64,000 nucleotides of DNA from Iphione sp. A-MEVVRFRX5 (taxonomy: Eukaryota): assembly GCA_976226885.1 (NCBI GenBank), contig OZ320319.1, positions 67,084,001 through 67,148,000 of the forward strand, read 5' to 3'. Positions 15,601 to 29,667 of this stretch are shown here, in pieces; position 1 is the stretch's first letter, and each line of letters starts with the position of its first letter. The notes beneath the pieces were generated by a model that was not told the DNA's origin, ran no database searches, and was given only the letters and a program-made list of their open reading frames with translations. A program made the position numbers and the translations under genes.

Positions 15601-16448
15601 TTACTCTTATTGGGCTGTTTAACTTAGCTGTCTCTTATATTTGGTCACAACACGGGCGCAGCTATCAAGCTGCGGTTCGCTACGCACACGTAGAATGGCG
15701 ATGACTGTATGAATTCATTGCGCAGACACGGCCGTTTCAGTCGTCGATAGGTTTGAACGTCAGTGTCAGCTGTTATACCAATTTTGATTTTATACTCTTT
15801 CTCTCGCTCATATTGCATTTTGCGTTATTGCCGCTTCACTCATATTAATTCTGAAGGCATGTAAGTGTGTGCTATTTTTACTTTAAAAGTATGTCATGCA
15901 AGGTTGCTTTGGTTGTCGTCTTATCATTTTCTTCCCACAAATGACCGGTTGACATGTAGTCCAGCCTCATTATCTCCAGAATGTGAAATATTAATTTATA
16001 TCCGTAAGATTCATTTGATAGATCACGATTTCTTCTTTTTACTTTCATCTTTGTACTGTTCAGTATATTCGTTATCTGATACAAAATTCACTGAAACGAA
16101 TAGGTCAGATACGTGAGGTGTGATTTTATTCGCGACTCAAAGGACACGGTTATCCCAAGTCTTCCTAAGGTTGATTACCATGAAGAAATGTATGCCTCAA
16201 TGTATTTAACACACTGTGCCCGTCATGTAATTTTAACGCTTTATACTTTTGTATTTCCTAGGTTTTCCTATATTCCTAGGCATGATTGCTTGCTTTATAC
16301 ATTTTTCTTTTTATTCAGTTTTGTCACTGTTTGCCCGTCCCATATCGTTCCCTTATCCACTGATATTCATATGTGATTTTACGAAATTAGAAGGCCTTCC
16401 ACTCGGTAACGTTTCTGGAGACTTATCCGAGCCACTTGAGGGGTTGTC

Positions 16449-16500
16449 CACACACACGCACACACAAACACACGCACATAAACACATAGGCACACAGGCA
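16449..16500. repeat. Interrupted (CA)n microsatellite
   Basis: CACACACACGCACACACAAACACACGCACATAAACAC... Confidence 0.8.
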
Positions 16501-17308
16501 TATGTCAAGGAGAGTTGATGAGTTCGGAGCATCTCTGAACGACTCACCAACGATGGGCCTGATGTTAACATCCGAGTGGTTCATAGGGGCGACGAGTCGC
16601 TCGATAACCCCAATGAGCCGCTCAGCGCACGGCCGCTAGCGCATACAGTGGTGGCCACTCAGCACCCAAGACTGGATACCCTCCATGCACTTCACCTTCG
16701 ACGACGGTGGGCGAGAAAAAGCTACAGTGCCAACTGGTCAATGTCAGCGCTTTAAAGTGTTTCCTGTCAAGTAGCACTGACCAAGTGGGCCACATAGATG
16801 TGTCACTCACTTCATTGCAGTCGTTCGCCAAAAGGAAAACGCCACTGGCAAAGCCGCAAGAGTAAGTAGTTTTATGACGGGTCAAACGTACGATCAGGTA
16901 CCATTGGAACAGCTTCACCTGCCTCATCAAATTTGGGTCATTGACATCTAGTATTCTTGTTGCGTCATAACTGTAAAGTTATATATTGATCAGTTTACAA
17001 CTATATACACACGGTACAGTCGAAAGTAAAGATGACACTGATGCTGGAGACCTGGAGCTCTGCATTCAGTAGCCACTAAAATACTCTCTGCTGTTGGTTC
17101 CCATTAAGTGTGCCAGAACTCATATAATGTTGTAAAGGAGAAGCTCCTCTTTGGCTTTGGCGTCCTTAACAACGGTCAGTCACTTTTGAGAGGATGTACT
17201 CAAAGGCATATATGGGAACTCTTCGCTGTAAAGGCCACTAATGCATCGGGATTCTATGAACACCCAATGACATTCAAAACCCTTTAGCAGAGAGAAGGAA
17301 TGCTTTAA

Positions 17309-18367
17309 CCCCTTAAGGACCGCCCATAGAGAAATGTGCCAAATTTGGCGCATACTTGAGGCTGTTGTTTTTCAAAGAATGTCACATCATCACATCCCTT
17401 TTTCTGTCAAATAAGGTTAGACTACAGTTCTTCTTCAAATATAAAGAAAGAATAGATCATCAGGAATAGTTGCGATTTAAAAAATAGTCACATGACCTTT
17501 GAAATATCATAATTTGCCCCAAACACCGCAAATACCACTAACCACACACACTGTGAATAGTGATTCCTCAAACTTTGCATGTAACTCCATAAATTACTAT
17601 ATATTTATACATCAGACTAAACTATTTCCCTTATGCTTTCAATATATTTAACTCTTTGATTGATTTAACTTTTATCTCTGTCATCAAGAAAGATAAAATG
17701 ATAGCATAAATCAGTGCTTTAGCATAGCTTGCCTGATGTATATGCATCAGCATCAGCTGATTTTAGCTAAAAGGTCTATATACACTGTAGACTATGGGAC
17801 TTGTCTTCCTATGATTTTTTCTGTCAAATAAGTATATAAAAACTTAAGTTCTATGAAACTTTTATGTGTATGACCAAAATAAATGCTTAAGTCCAATGTT
17901 AATTACTACTATCATCTCCTCAAAGTTACTATTGCTGCATCAGTGATGCAGCTTATGCTTACTTTGGATGTAGCACATACAATGACCTAGATCATCATAA
18001 AAAGTAACCCTTTCTACACATACTAATGATTTAGGTATTAAAAGATTGCAAATCACTTGCTCAACACTTTTGCAATTGAAAATTTTTCTGTAAACCTGAT
18101 ATTTTCCAAAGTTTTATGACTAAATTTATAAGAAAGTGAAGTTTTGATGTCACTTCTAAGAAATTCTGCTGTTTTCAAACCCACCCTGTTGCCATGACAA
18201 CCAAGTAATTAAGTGACCATTGATACTAAATTAAACCCCCATTTTTAGGGTTTCTTTTGATATATCACATGATATTGTATGTTATAAAATACTAAGTACC
18301 ATAGGAGAAATACTTTTTGAACACCATTTCCATTACAAAAAGGTCATTTTTCTCGGTCCTTAAGGGG
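17309..18367. mobile_element. Non-autonomous piggyBac-type DNA transposon (MITE), 1059 bp
   Basis: Perfect 14-bp TIRs: CCCCTTAAGGACCG (17309-17322) and CGGTCCTTAAGGGG (18354-18367). TTAA flanks both ends (17305-17308, 18368-18371). The interior is AT-rich with no ORF. CCC...GGG termini with a TTAA TSD are the piggyBac signature. Confidence 0.9.
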
Positions 18368-21300
18368 TTAAGGGATACACATGCCTGGAATCATGTAGCT
18401 TAAAATACTACTAATTCGCACATTGTCAAGTATTTCGGATGGTTGCTAAGGAAAGAAATTAACGAGCAGGTCCTTCACGTGGCTGGGCGTGAGAATTGTT
18501 CAAGGTGGAGAGAGCTCTGTTAAGAGCTTACAGTTTGTTATTCCACCTTTACAAAATAAGTTCGATCGCTGCAAGACGCATATTCCGCACATGCATATTG
18601 AGGCAGATGTAGAAACCTTTCTGCACGAATACGTTAACATAGTCTTAATTGATATACAAGTAAATGTGGTGGTGTTGCTACTTCCATACATCCCCGGCAA
18701 TTCGATATCAAAGAGTCGGGCCGTTCGCATTCGTGGTACGAACCTCCATATGCATCGTCTTGATCGGCCGTCTGTGCGTAAAAACTCTGCATGTGGAGAG
18801 TCCTCCACCCACCCATCCACCTGGGAGATGTCATTAAGGCCTTGCGCACGCGCTTAGGAGGCACCGGAAATATCGGCAAGTCGGCGCATCACCGACATCT
18901 GATAAGGCGTCGGCTGGAGCCGCGGCAGCAGGCGCCATCATTGCGCAATGGCGATGCTCCAGTCCTCCGCTGGTGGATCGATTTCAGCAGGAGAGACCGG
19001 CCAGACTTGATCCCTCGCCGGGCCAGTCAGCCACGCGGCCATCGAGACGGCGGTAAGCGTCGACGCGTCGCTGTTGTGGCTGCTATGTCGTCGGCAGCCA
19101 GCACCATTGGCCCGCTGAGTAATGAGCGCCTCTGATGTTTTATGCTCATTTTCCCACGCCGCCTTCGGCCTTCATTATAAAGCATATTAGAGAGTTCCCC
19201 GACAGGAATGACAGCTTTAGGCACTGACCGACTTTCTTACCATCTACCCTATTATCTCATAGATTTACTACAAGTACTTGCTGTTTCTCTCACTTAAACT
19301 TTAATCTCCGGCCAATTACCAATCGAAACTTTAGAGCAGATCCCACACTGTGTCCGTATATAATTCCGTTGCTATATCATTTGAAATGAAATTTTCATTA
19401 TTTTCTCGGCGTAAACAATTAGTGGGTACCAAACCTACTGTAGTCAACGAGTTGTAAGTGAAAACGTTGAACAACAAAAACACAACTACCTAAAGATCAT
19501 GTGAAAACCATCATAGCTCGAATTTTGCCGCAGTTCGGATCGTGAACTTCGACCAGATACTAGTTCTGTTTTCTCTATGCATTATTACACTTCGTCTCGA
19601 ATGCACGTGTTTTACATGTTTTCACTAATGCATAAATGAAATGCACGAACAGAACTTGTAGAACATTTCTTCGGATTAAGCTCAGATCTGTTCGTAACCA
19701 GCGTATGGGAAGCGCGGGACTCATTGCTAGGAAAAGAGCCTCTCCAGCAGTTGCAGTGTATTGTTATATATAATATATATATTATGTATATATAGAAGAG
19801 AACCTCGGTAGTTTCAACAAAGCTGCCCGTGTGGTGTGGTATGAATTGACGAAGCTTCTCACATGGAGGCTATAATTGGTTGTTTGAAGGCTTTTCCTTG
19901 ATGCCATTGACAGACAAGATGGCAACAACACTGCCCGCATACATCATGGGGCCATAATGTGTAGACAAAGCATTACATCCAGCAAACTATGTAGTTCTTG
20001 TCAGGATGCCTTTGGCGTCCAGCACACAAACACAGCCCTGTTTGCTCCGACGGACCCCACCACTGCCCTGGAATTTTGTTCCCCGAACGCTAACATGCAT
20101 CATGGGCTATTCATGTTAATCGTTAGCAAATTACAATTTGCACTGTGAAATGCCTTTCCCAATGTGTGTGCAGGCGTGTTATCGATAATCTCTTGGCAGA
20201 TGGTGACAGCGGATATGACTGTACGTAATGATCTACATGTAAATAGTAATTTGCATGCGGATAGTCGTGTTTTTACAGAAGTTTAATTGGAGATGGTAAT
20301 TTTGTTATTCGGCAACCACATGTACATGTACAAGCATGTAGGTTCACATATATGTAGCCAGAACATGAATTCAATTAAGAAACAAAGGAGTACACAGAGT
20401 AGAAAATGAGGGCTAACCTGCTGTGGTTGATATTAACTTTATGTAGTGTACATGTACATGTATTACATATGTGTGTTGTAACATACTACATGGATAACGA
20501 AGTTCGTATCAATGGACCTTTTTGCACATTTCGTTTTTTGCAGTACCTCTTCTATATATTGATATTTTCTGTCCATTGATAGCAAGTTGTTATTCGTGAG
20601 CTAAGATGTGTACGGGTCACCTTAAGTGCTAAACATTGTCACTAAGTGGTACAGTTATTCAATAATGTATTTAAGATCATTGTTAATTCCTATAAAACTC
20701 TTTATCAATGCAAAGTTATAGATGTACGCCAAATAATGTACCCCCCTCCAAGGGACTATACTTGTTACTGGGAGAATAGGCAAGCCGGAGATATGTGGCA
20801 TCTGAATGCTCTATTACCATACCGAACCACACCTAATCAACCAGTAACTCACGGTCCAGTGCTCCCTTCGTCCGAAGCGCTGTGCACTATTGAATCAATG
20901 ACAGTAGCCGTCAACCCTATCAGCATTTGATGGATCTGTATATTATCGTTCAAGCACTATTCGTGTATGCAGCTACCTCCCACAGTGGGCCATCCATGAA
21001 TGGGGTCCAACAACACTAGTAATAGTCACTTGTTCACTGAAGACTAGGAGGGAACTACTCCTTCTTTCTGGCGTATAGACCAACTCGGACAATAGCCACG
21101 CTTTCTCCATGACCTGGGATATACTCACAAATCTTTCCATTCCAGTAGTATTAACAATATCGCTATCAGCATAAAACATTATTTGAAATATTATTCTGTA
21201 ATGCTTGCTAGAAAAAACATTAAGACGCTTTCGTTTCCCCATAGGTAGATTTGACCCAACATTCTGTATCCTGCTGAGATGAGGTGTTTCAAGACGACGT

Positions 21301-21567
21301 AAAAAAAAACTGTGCACACTTTTCGATCCGCCACAGAAAAAAAGGACCCTTTTCAACGGCAATGACACGTCTGCTGAGGGCATTGTGGTTGACCACAGAA
21401 TCACACACATGGGATGACTGGTTCTTTTTACGTCTACTTCCGTAAATTTGGCTTTATTTCCTAATGCCCTAAGCGTGACAAAATTCTGTGCATATCTTGA
21501 AATACACTCACATATATATATAACTGTCACGTTGGGCAGATGTAAAAGTAATTTTCGTTTTGAGTGT

Positions 21568-21698
21568 NNNNNNNNNNNNNNNNNNNNNNNNNNNNNNNNN
21601 NNNNNNNNNNNNNNNNNNNNNNNNNNNNNNNNNNNNNNNNNNNNNNNNNNNNNNNNNNNNNNNNNNNNNNNNNNNNNNNNNNNNNNNNNNNNNNNNNN
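21568..21698. other. Assembly gap (131 N)
   Basis: Run of N in the sequence. Confidence 1.
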
Positions 21699-24600
21699 TG
21701 GTGAACACGCCCGCTAACACAAATAGATAAACGAGGACTCTTCCGCCCCATACAAAACAGTACATGTAGTCATATCAGTGCATTCTTAGAGCATAAATAG
21801 TGGCCCGTATTTACAGAGAACCAGTCGCTGCACTAAAAATGGTCACATATGTAGGGTTTCTGTGTGGTGAAGTCATCGGGGCGGCTTTTTCCGCGCCAGG
21901 AAGTGACTAATATATGTGGTTTACTGTTAACACACAAGACAGTGAATAAGATGGTCTCCAGTGTGTTTTATGACACGTCCTTAAGTTGTATTCAGGCATT
22001 TCTGTATATCATGCATATGATTACACCTGGAATATAAAAAAAACAATCTAAATCCCGCCTCAATGTTATATCTGCCCCCCTACAGCACTGCCATAAGTTT
22101 AGGACTGTTCCTGGAAGTTTTCTTAGGAGAGACACAAAAGTTTCTTTCGAAAGTTTAATTGTCGGATATCCTTATGGGTGGTGATCCGAACATTTGATGT
22201 AAGAAATTGAGACGACTCGTGTCTGTGGAAACTTCAATTACCGGGCCATCCATCCTCCCCTTTTAGCTGCAACATAATCGATCTTACCTCGGATACGTGC
22301 ATTTAAAATGGTTTACCACTCAAGTAATTTGACGTGATCGCAGAAATGTCAGGTTCTTATGAATCTGTACGCACAAAGTAATGGGAAATAAGCGTTGAAC
22401 TGTAATTCAAGAACCATCATTTCCCTCCTATTAGATTCTGTAGTAGGAAGAAAATGCGAACATTAAAACTTCATAACATCATTATTAGCCCCTTGAGTCC
22501 GCCTTGAAGAGCGGTGACTGGTGCGATTGGAGATTTGATTGTTTTCCCCCCAGTAATTCACGTTGTACCGTCGTTCCGTGTAGTCTTTATTTTTGTCGAC
22601 CTTGATGCTTATTTACTTTAAGCTATCGCTTAGAGATCGACACCAAGGGGTGGGGGTGGGGGGGGGGCTGGTGCTCAAAGCTCTAACGAAGCAAGAACTT
22701 GACCTGATAGGCTCACAGACCTGGCGTTGGGATCGGAATATTAGCATTCTCAAGTAGCCAAGTACTTAAGTCGTGAGGAGACCCCTCACAGAGCAGGACT
22801 GGCTTCAATCTCAGGTCACTGACAGAGAAGGCTATTAATTTAGTTGTCCCTTTAAAATGGAATCGTTAGTCTAAAGAGTCTCGTGACCTGAAGGGGCTTA
22901 GAACATATCTTAATTACACCGTAAACATATGATTTACGATTTCTAATGCATTGAATGTTTAAGAAGTAATCTAGAGGAATTTCAGTTTTGATCCCATTCG
23001 TGTGACTCATTACGTCCTACGTTCAGGACTAGGTTATTTTTGTGATGGCGTATCATGGCACTTGAGAAGTAGCCATGATTTCTGAAGTAAGCATGATCTG
23101 TTTGTAATTTATTCCAAATTCTTATGAATATTCTGTTGTACTCTTCGTCCAAGTACAAATTGATACACCTTCGTCACATTCCGTGGAGCAGTATTTCCAT
23201 TTATCACTGAAGGATCGCTTTATGCATTACCCCATTTATACAACAATGTACATACAATGTATAGCTAACGGTTATACTCGCTGAAGGTGAGGCAACATGT
23301 TTCCAGCGAGGAGCTTGTGATTTGACTTAGTCTTACAAAGTTCGCATGTTAGTCTCATAATTATGTTTAATTTTGTATTATGCCCATAAGATATAGGTAT
23401 GTTATTAACTTGGCAGTAGGATATGATGACGGTCCAGGCAAAGACCATATCACGTGGGAGACCAAACCGCGGGAGGTATAAAGATTTCTAAGACCAAATC
23501 ATTCACTTCCATGTATGTGCTAATAACTACAGGCAGCAGTTGACCGGTTCCGCTCATTGGAATGAACGGGTGAAAACCCTTCCGATTTAACTCGTTCACA
23601 GAGGAACTATTAAATGTAAAATGGAAACACTCTGTGACATTTTGTAAAACATGATACAGATTAATTATAAAAATGAAGTGCGAAACGGACATCTGGTGTC
23701 CCAGAGTAGTCAAACATAGGATTAAAGACATACGTAGTGGAATTTGTAATCTGTAATAAATAAAAGATATACCTTCGATAAAATTTCTGCGATGTAAGCT
23801 GACTGGCTTTTTACCTATTTTTCCTGGTCGGATCAGAAGTAGATAGCGAATAACATAGCTTGTGCTTAAGTTTTAGTTATACTTTCAAGCTTACATTTTA
23901 GGGCCTATCGGCCATGTGCAGAACTTCTTTTAAATAACTTTTGCTGACGTTTTAATCGTGCTCTTTATCTTACAGTATAAGGTAGAAGTATTGGGATAGA
24001 TTCGTATTTACTTCCATGCAGCGACCGCACCATTGTTCAGATAAAGATCACCCCTACTGATTTCAATATAACTAAGTTGTTCATGTGTATTTTTAATTTC
24101 TTTAGACAAAATGTGTTAACAAAATTAGTTGCTTTTTCAAATCTAAAAGTGCCTTCTTATGGGTATTAATCCAGTCAGATGCCACGAAACGGACACCCTT
24201 CTATTCTAGCCTAACATTCAGGTCATGTCTACAAGATGTCCGTCTGTATTGTGGCATTGGACTGTATATGAAACATTCCCAGTGCTTTTGCTTTATGAAA
24301 ATTTCCACATTATATAATTCCCGTAAGTGCCCCTTTTCACTGCGCTTCATTGGATTCTTCAAGAAATTTAAATGGGCAAATCAAGGCTATTGTTGGCATC
24401 CGTCCGGGGTTGTCGTCGTTGTGTAAAGCTTAGATGAATTTTACCAAGAGTGTTGAGAAAGGAGTTCTTTGGTTTGAAAGAGGGGAGACTTGTGAGGAGC
24501 TAAGTCAAGAGGATGTTCAATGACGTGCTGCTTTTAGGGCTTGAATAGCCTCTTAACTAGGCTGCAACGCTCTAACCTCGTCGCTGGTTTGAATATGCAG

Positions 24601-27600
24601 GGCAAGCTTCCCTCTCCAGCCGTTATTCTTTCGGTGTGTTGTTCCTAACTTTAGCCCAACTTTTAGAGACTAATGTGAAAAGATCAGGAGCAGATGATAT
24701 GTAGGTCAGACTGAAGGATAGGGTCAGTTTAGGACATGGCGAGAGCTTACAAAGTGGCCGAAGTATTTTTGGCGCCAGGGTTTAGCCCCGTGTACAGAGA
24801 GCGTGGATGTAAGGAGTTGGTAACGGTCGATCCCCGCCAAGCCGAGGGAACTCATCCTCACCCGTCTGCATAGAGTGTAATAGGGAGAGCAAGCTAGCAA
24901 TCGTTCACATACTTGCTCACTCTTGTCAGCATGGCAGATAACTGGGTCAGGGCTTCTCCAGCAAAGCAAACTATGCCCTACTCCAATGTCCCGTTAGGCA
25001 CCCAATGTTTCCACATGTGATTTTAAAAAAAGATTCTCGGTTATCAGAGACAAAGATTTCATCGGGTCTCCTGCTGTTTCAGCGTGTATTTAGGAATACA
25101 TTTTTCTAGTGGTGGCTTATTCGGAACACCGAATGCTTAGAAAAACAAACACTTCCTAATGGAATACATGTACATCCTTTTAATCCTCGCTGTTATTTCA
25201 CGCCATATATTTATGTACATGTCGACATCCTTAAAAATATATCCTGTTCAACTAGTTCCCTGCTTCCTGTTTCAATTCTTCAAAACACTTATTACTTTCT
25301 TTTATGGAAGATGGTATTTCCTGGTGATCTACATGACTGTGATTTCGTAGCTAACCTAAGATGTGGAACTTTTTTCCAGCTCAAGAGTTAATATGGCGTA
25401 AAACAAGCGAATTTGGAAAAATAGATGCGCCATATTGCTTTTCGATGTGTTGTTCCCCAAGATGCCTATCTGACTGTCTTTTCTGTTATCATTGCAGAAC
25501 AGACGTCTAGAGCGACTCCGGAGAGCCTCAAACATCGAGTGAATGTCCTGAATTTGGGGCGGCATATCTAAGAAGATTATACCACCGCCAGACCAGTGAA
25601 GCAAGAGGCAGGCAGGGCCAAGCCATAGATGTGAGACGATTCTGCCTCGTGCCATACCTTTATTCTCGTCTCCCTCGGGAGGGGCTCCCGAGAGCTGTTA
25701 TCGATGACATGCGAAGGAAAGCCAAAAAGGAACGGCGTCTATAGAGCTTTCAGTCGCAGATAACCCCGTGTTGGCCCAGCTAATACTGCACTGGCGGCTA
25801 TAAATAGGAAATATTTATATGTAGTTGAATGATTCGCACGACGAGAGACCAAAATTGGGAAAAACTAATAAAATAGCCATCAACCAGTCACCAGTGCTAA
25901 CTGAACTAACGTCTTTGAAGCCGTTAACCAAACAGTTGTGATTCGTGCCCAACTATACTGGCCGTACATCTGGTTTAGTGTACCGTGCAGCCAGCTACAT
26001 CTGGCGCCCCGACCACTGTGAAAGTGCGCCCTGCCCGAAGCAGAGGATCTGGGTGTAAGTAAGACGTCAGGGTTGCTACCTTACGGGCGCTAGCTGCTGC
26101 GCCTGGCATCTTGCCGGTCTGCCCGTTGCGTTGCCCCGGGGCAGAACGTCCTCCTCCAGCTTGCCTGCGGCGGGACACGGACGATTCCAGAATACCATCA
26201 CCGAATCCCAGAGTCCTATACTACTGTTTCATAGGACACCGTGAGTTGTCATCGTCCCATACTACAGTGTGCGTCATCCAACTGGCCGCCACCTCAACTA
26301 TGTCACTTTTCAACCGAGGTCGTCGACCCTCCCACATTTCATATTCTGGGCTGCTCGGGTCTCCATGGTCTATGATTGTTGGATCAGACTGTTGGTAGTG
26401 TAGACAGAAGTCGTAGGAGCTACCTCTACCCACATCTAACTCGGGACAGTGATCATTTTCATCGGCTGTTATTCATTGTTAAGTAATCATCCTTTGTGAG
26501 ATATTAGCCCGCTGGATGAGGCGCTACGTGTTGCAGAGCTTCGTTTTATTATTCCTGACTATCTGAACTAAAACACATCCAACACTCAGACAGGTTGGCA
26601 CACGACAGGAGATCAACTGCAAAACGGCTCCATAAGAGTGGACTTAAAGCTGGCCCAGTCACAAACGTACATTCAGGGAAGCAAACAGACGGAGTAGCAG
26701 TGCCGGGCGGTCACCCCACCCAACCCACCCGCTCTCGCACTCGTCCACACTCCCACCTACCCCAGCCGACCCCACTAGAGCCTACCAGCTCCTCCTGTAC
26801 CTTTGCCTCACCTGTCCGACGCTGGCGCCTCAAGCTACGGGAGCACACGTGTGGCCAGCCATAGATCTTCTCCAGTGACTAGCGGCGGCCCACCTGGAGG
26901 TGAGGCAGCAACTCTCAGGTGGTGCAGAGGAGCAAGCGGCGGCAGTAACGTTGGTGGTGAGGTGAGCGGCGGCAACAAGTACGCCGTCAGGAGGAAAAAC
27001 AGTTGTAGCGGCGGCAATAAGCACAGCATACGCTGGAGGGAATTCGCATGTCGGTGTGTGCGTATGCGTGTCCCCTTGCCGTGTGTAGCGTGCTGAAAGG
27101 ATCGGAGCCACGCCACCCTTGGCCTTCTGGAATTTAGCGGGAAGGCCGCACTTATTGACGTCAGACGGAGGAAAAAGGTACTACCCTCCATTGCTGTAGG
27201 GGTTCTGGCTGGGATGCCGCTATTTCACTGAGACTCAAAAGGATCAGAGGCCAGCACTCACAGCAACCCAGCTTCGGCAGGCCTATTCTCTTTCCTCCGG
27301 GAGCTCCGCACTTGCCTGTTTCAACAACAAACACTGCTTGAACGCTCAAAGTTAACCGATCTATGTAAGTGTGGGGAACGTGCATCAGACAGTGGATCTT
27401 TGGTGGTAAAAGTATATTGTACCTGAAAGGAAATTTGAACAAACAAGCTTTTCGCTCACCTACCTCACCGATCCTAAAAAGCCATTATTGATTGCATTAT
27501 ACACTACGTTCATCTGTCGTCAATAGTAGACTTAATTGATGATAATCCCTATATCTGACAGGATAATCCCCAATACAAGCAGCTGATTATATCATTATTC

Positions 27601-29667
27601 CGGCGACGTGTGATCATTAATTGGCTGTCTCCAGTAACCCGGTCTGAGCCCTTTGTCCTGATCGATTGGAAGGAATCGAACTGGATTTGCTTGGACCCTG
27701 TCGGCCATGCCCAGTCAGCGATACTTCTATATAGATTATATATCTGCGTTACTGGAGGAAGAATCTGATATTAATAGCGAGACAACGTATATAGGGATTA
27801 CACTCTACACATCGATAATAACCTGACTGGGGGAAAAGCAGACTGAGTGTTTGAATACAAAGAGAAGTGGCTATTTTAATTGTGAAGGTACACGCCACAC
27901 TGATTTGCTGTAGCGAGAGAAGGCTGTGTATAACCAACTATTCTACTCAATAATCAAGCTTACGTCGAAAGCGCCACCTAGGCTAGATTTAAATCTGTCG
28001 CCTTCAGTCAGACTGACGGGCCTCACGTAACAAACAAAAACTACCTGGGACCTGTAAGGAGGTAATCCGTGACGGATTAGAGACTGCAATGTTGGGCCGA
28101 TCCGAATGAAAAAAAAACGATTAAGAATTTCACCTTCATGACGTGTGTATGAAACAGAGGCGCGAGTGGGATTGCAGACAGACATTTAAGCATAGGAAAG
28201 GAAACCTATTATCAAAACCCTCATCCACCGGATTTTTATACCCGTAATGAGCGATCTATCACGGCTTCCACCATATTGATCAGTCGTGCTTACAGTTTCT
28301 GTCTCCTGTCTATCTATCAGAGACTATCATTTTATCATTTCACACTGAATGTGTTGCTTCGTCCCACCGGAACTGATTGAGGCGTAAGCCTTAATTCTGC
28401 CAATCTACAGGTTCCGGGTTCCATAGAACTGTTGAACGAACACAAGGTGAGGCGGGAGGGTGTGCAAGTTAAAACTAGTGGCACAAGGAGGTCTCCTTCC
28501 TTCCAAGTTGTTGAAAGGAATAATCCAGCAGTGCTGCATGCCAGCAATCGGGCTACCAGCGCCTTGTTCGCACGGACCTCCCTCCCCAACAGCAGCCCCC
28601 CAACTCTAGCGTTCGTAACACCATAGTCTCGCCGACCGTATACATGTACTCCCCATCGTGCACGCGCCATAATAAGCAGGTTCTCTTTCCCTCCGTTGAA
28701 TTCGTCTAGAGCCTGAAAGAGGCCAATGGTGCCTCCCGCTCATGTCTTGTGGGAGAGTCTCACGTCGGTGATCAGCTCAAACAAACCAGCCAACCAGACC
28801 AACGTAAAGGCGGCCTTTCGCCACCTACTTTAATAAGTTAGACACCGGAGACGGAGAGGTATTGCACAAGACTCGCCAACTGAAGATTGCCTCAATGTCT
28901 AAAGGGCCCCATAGGAGGTATAGCCTTCTCCAAACCATGCTTTTTGACGTCTGAGTTTCGTTGACCAAAACCAGTGATAAACAGCGGCAAAAAGCGGAGA
29001 TTCACCACCGTTCCAGAAATAGAGACAAAGTTACCTTTCGTCCAACAGCTTTGCGAGAGAATAGTATTTGATCTGTGTTGAATTGGGTTCCGCTATAAGT
29101 TAAGTTACCGATAAGGCCGAAGTGTACGGTGTTACTATTAACGAAAATTTAGTTGTTTCCTCCATTGGCGGACATTAGGCACCGCTCCAGTACGCGAGGC
29201 AATTTCTTGGTTGTCGGTCTGGCGCCGACTATGGCGCTGGGCGGTGGGAGAGCCAACAACGGGGATCAACTCTTCAGATTCGCACCCACTGTTGACCCAA
29301 GCGCGGGCTGAACAAGTGTAAACAATAAACGGCATTAATGCGGAGGAAAAACGGCCGCAAGGGTGTCGGGTGGGAATAGGATCCATACTAGCGGAGCCAC
29401 CCGCTCTGATTACACGGTGCATTATTGTCATACTAGCCGAGGAGTGGAGGGTCTTGGTTCTTCTCGACAGCGAGCTCTCGACAACTCCTCAAGACTTGAG
29501 AGCCATGGAACACAGACTGTGCTGACATGAGAAATAAAGCCGGTATGACAGAGGCCTGTATCAATAGCCTCTGGTCACTCATAGTATGATTGCCATTGAC
29601 CTGTGATCTGAGACAGCAACCGATGTGAAGCAAAAGCGTGCTGAGTGGAGCCGCTCTTGTCCCAGAT

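Noticed and set aside
1150-16400. Short 60-120 aa ORFs from the track and near-open frames at about 1200-2000 and 2800-3500
   Set aside because: No recognisable domains, no consistent splice structure, and lengths within chance expectation.
16691-16708. FTFDDG, resembling the polysaccharide deacetylase motif
   Set aside because: A stop follows within about 20 codons and none of the other motifs is present.
22880-22895. 16-bp inverted match to the LINE stem-loop at 46609-46624
   Set aside because: About one such match is expected by chance in 64 kb, and it does not extend.
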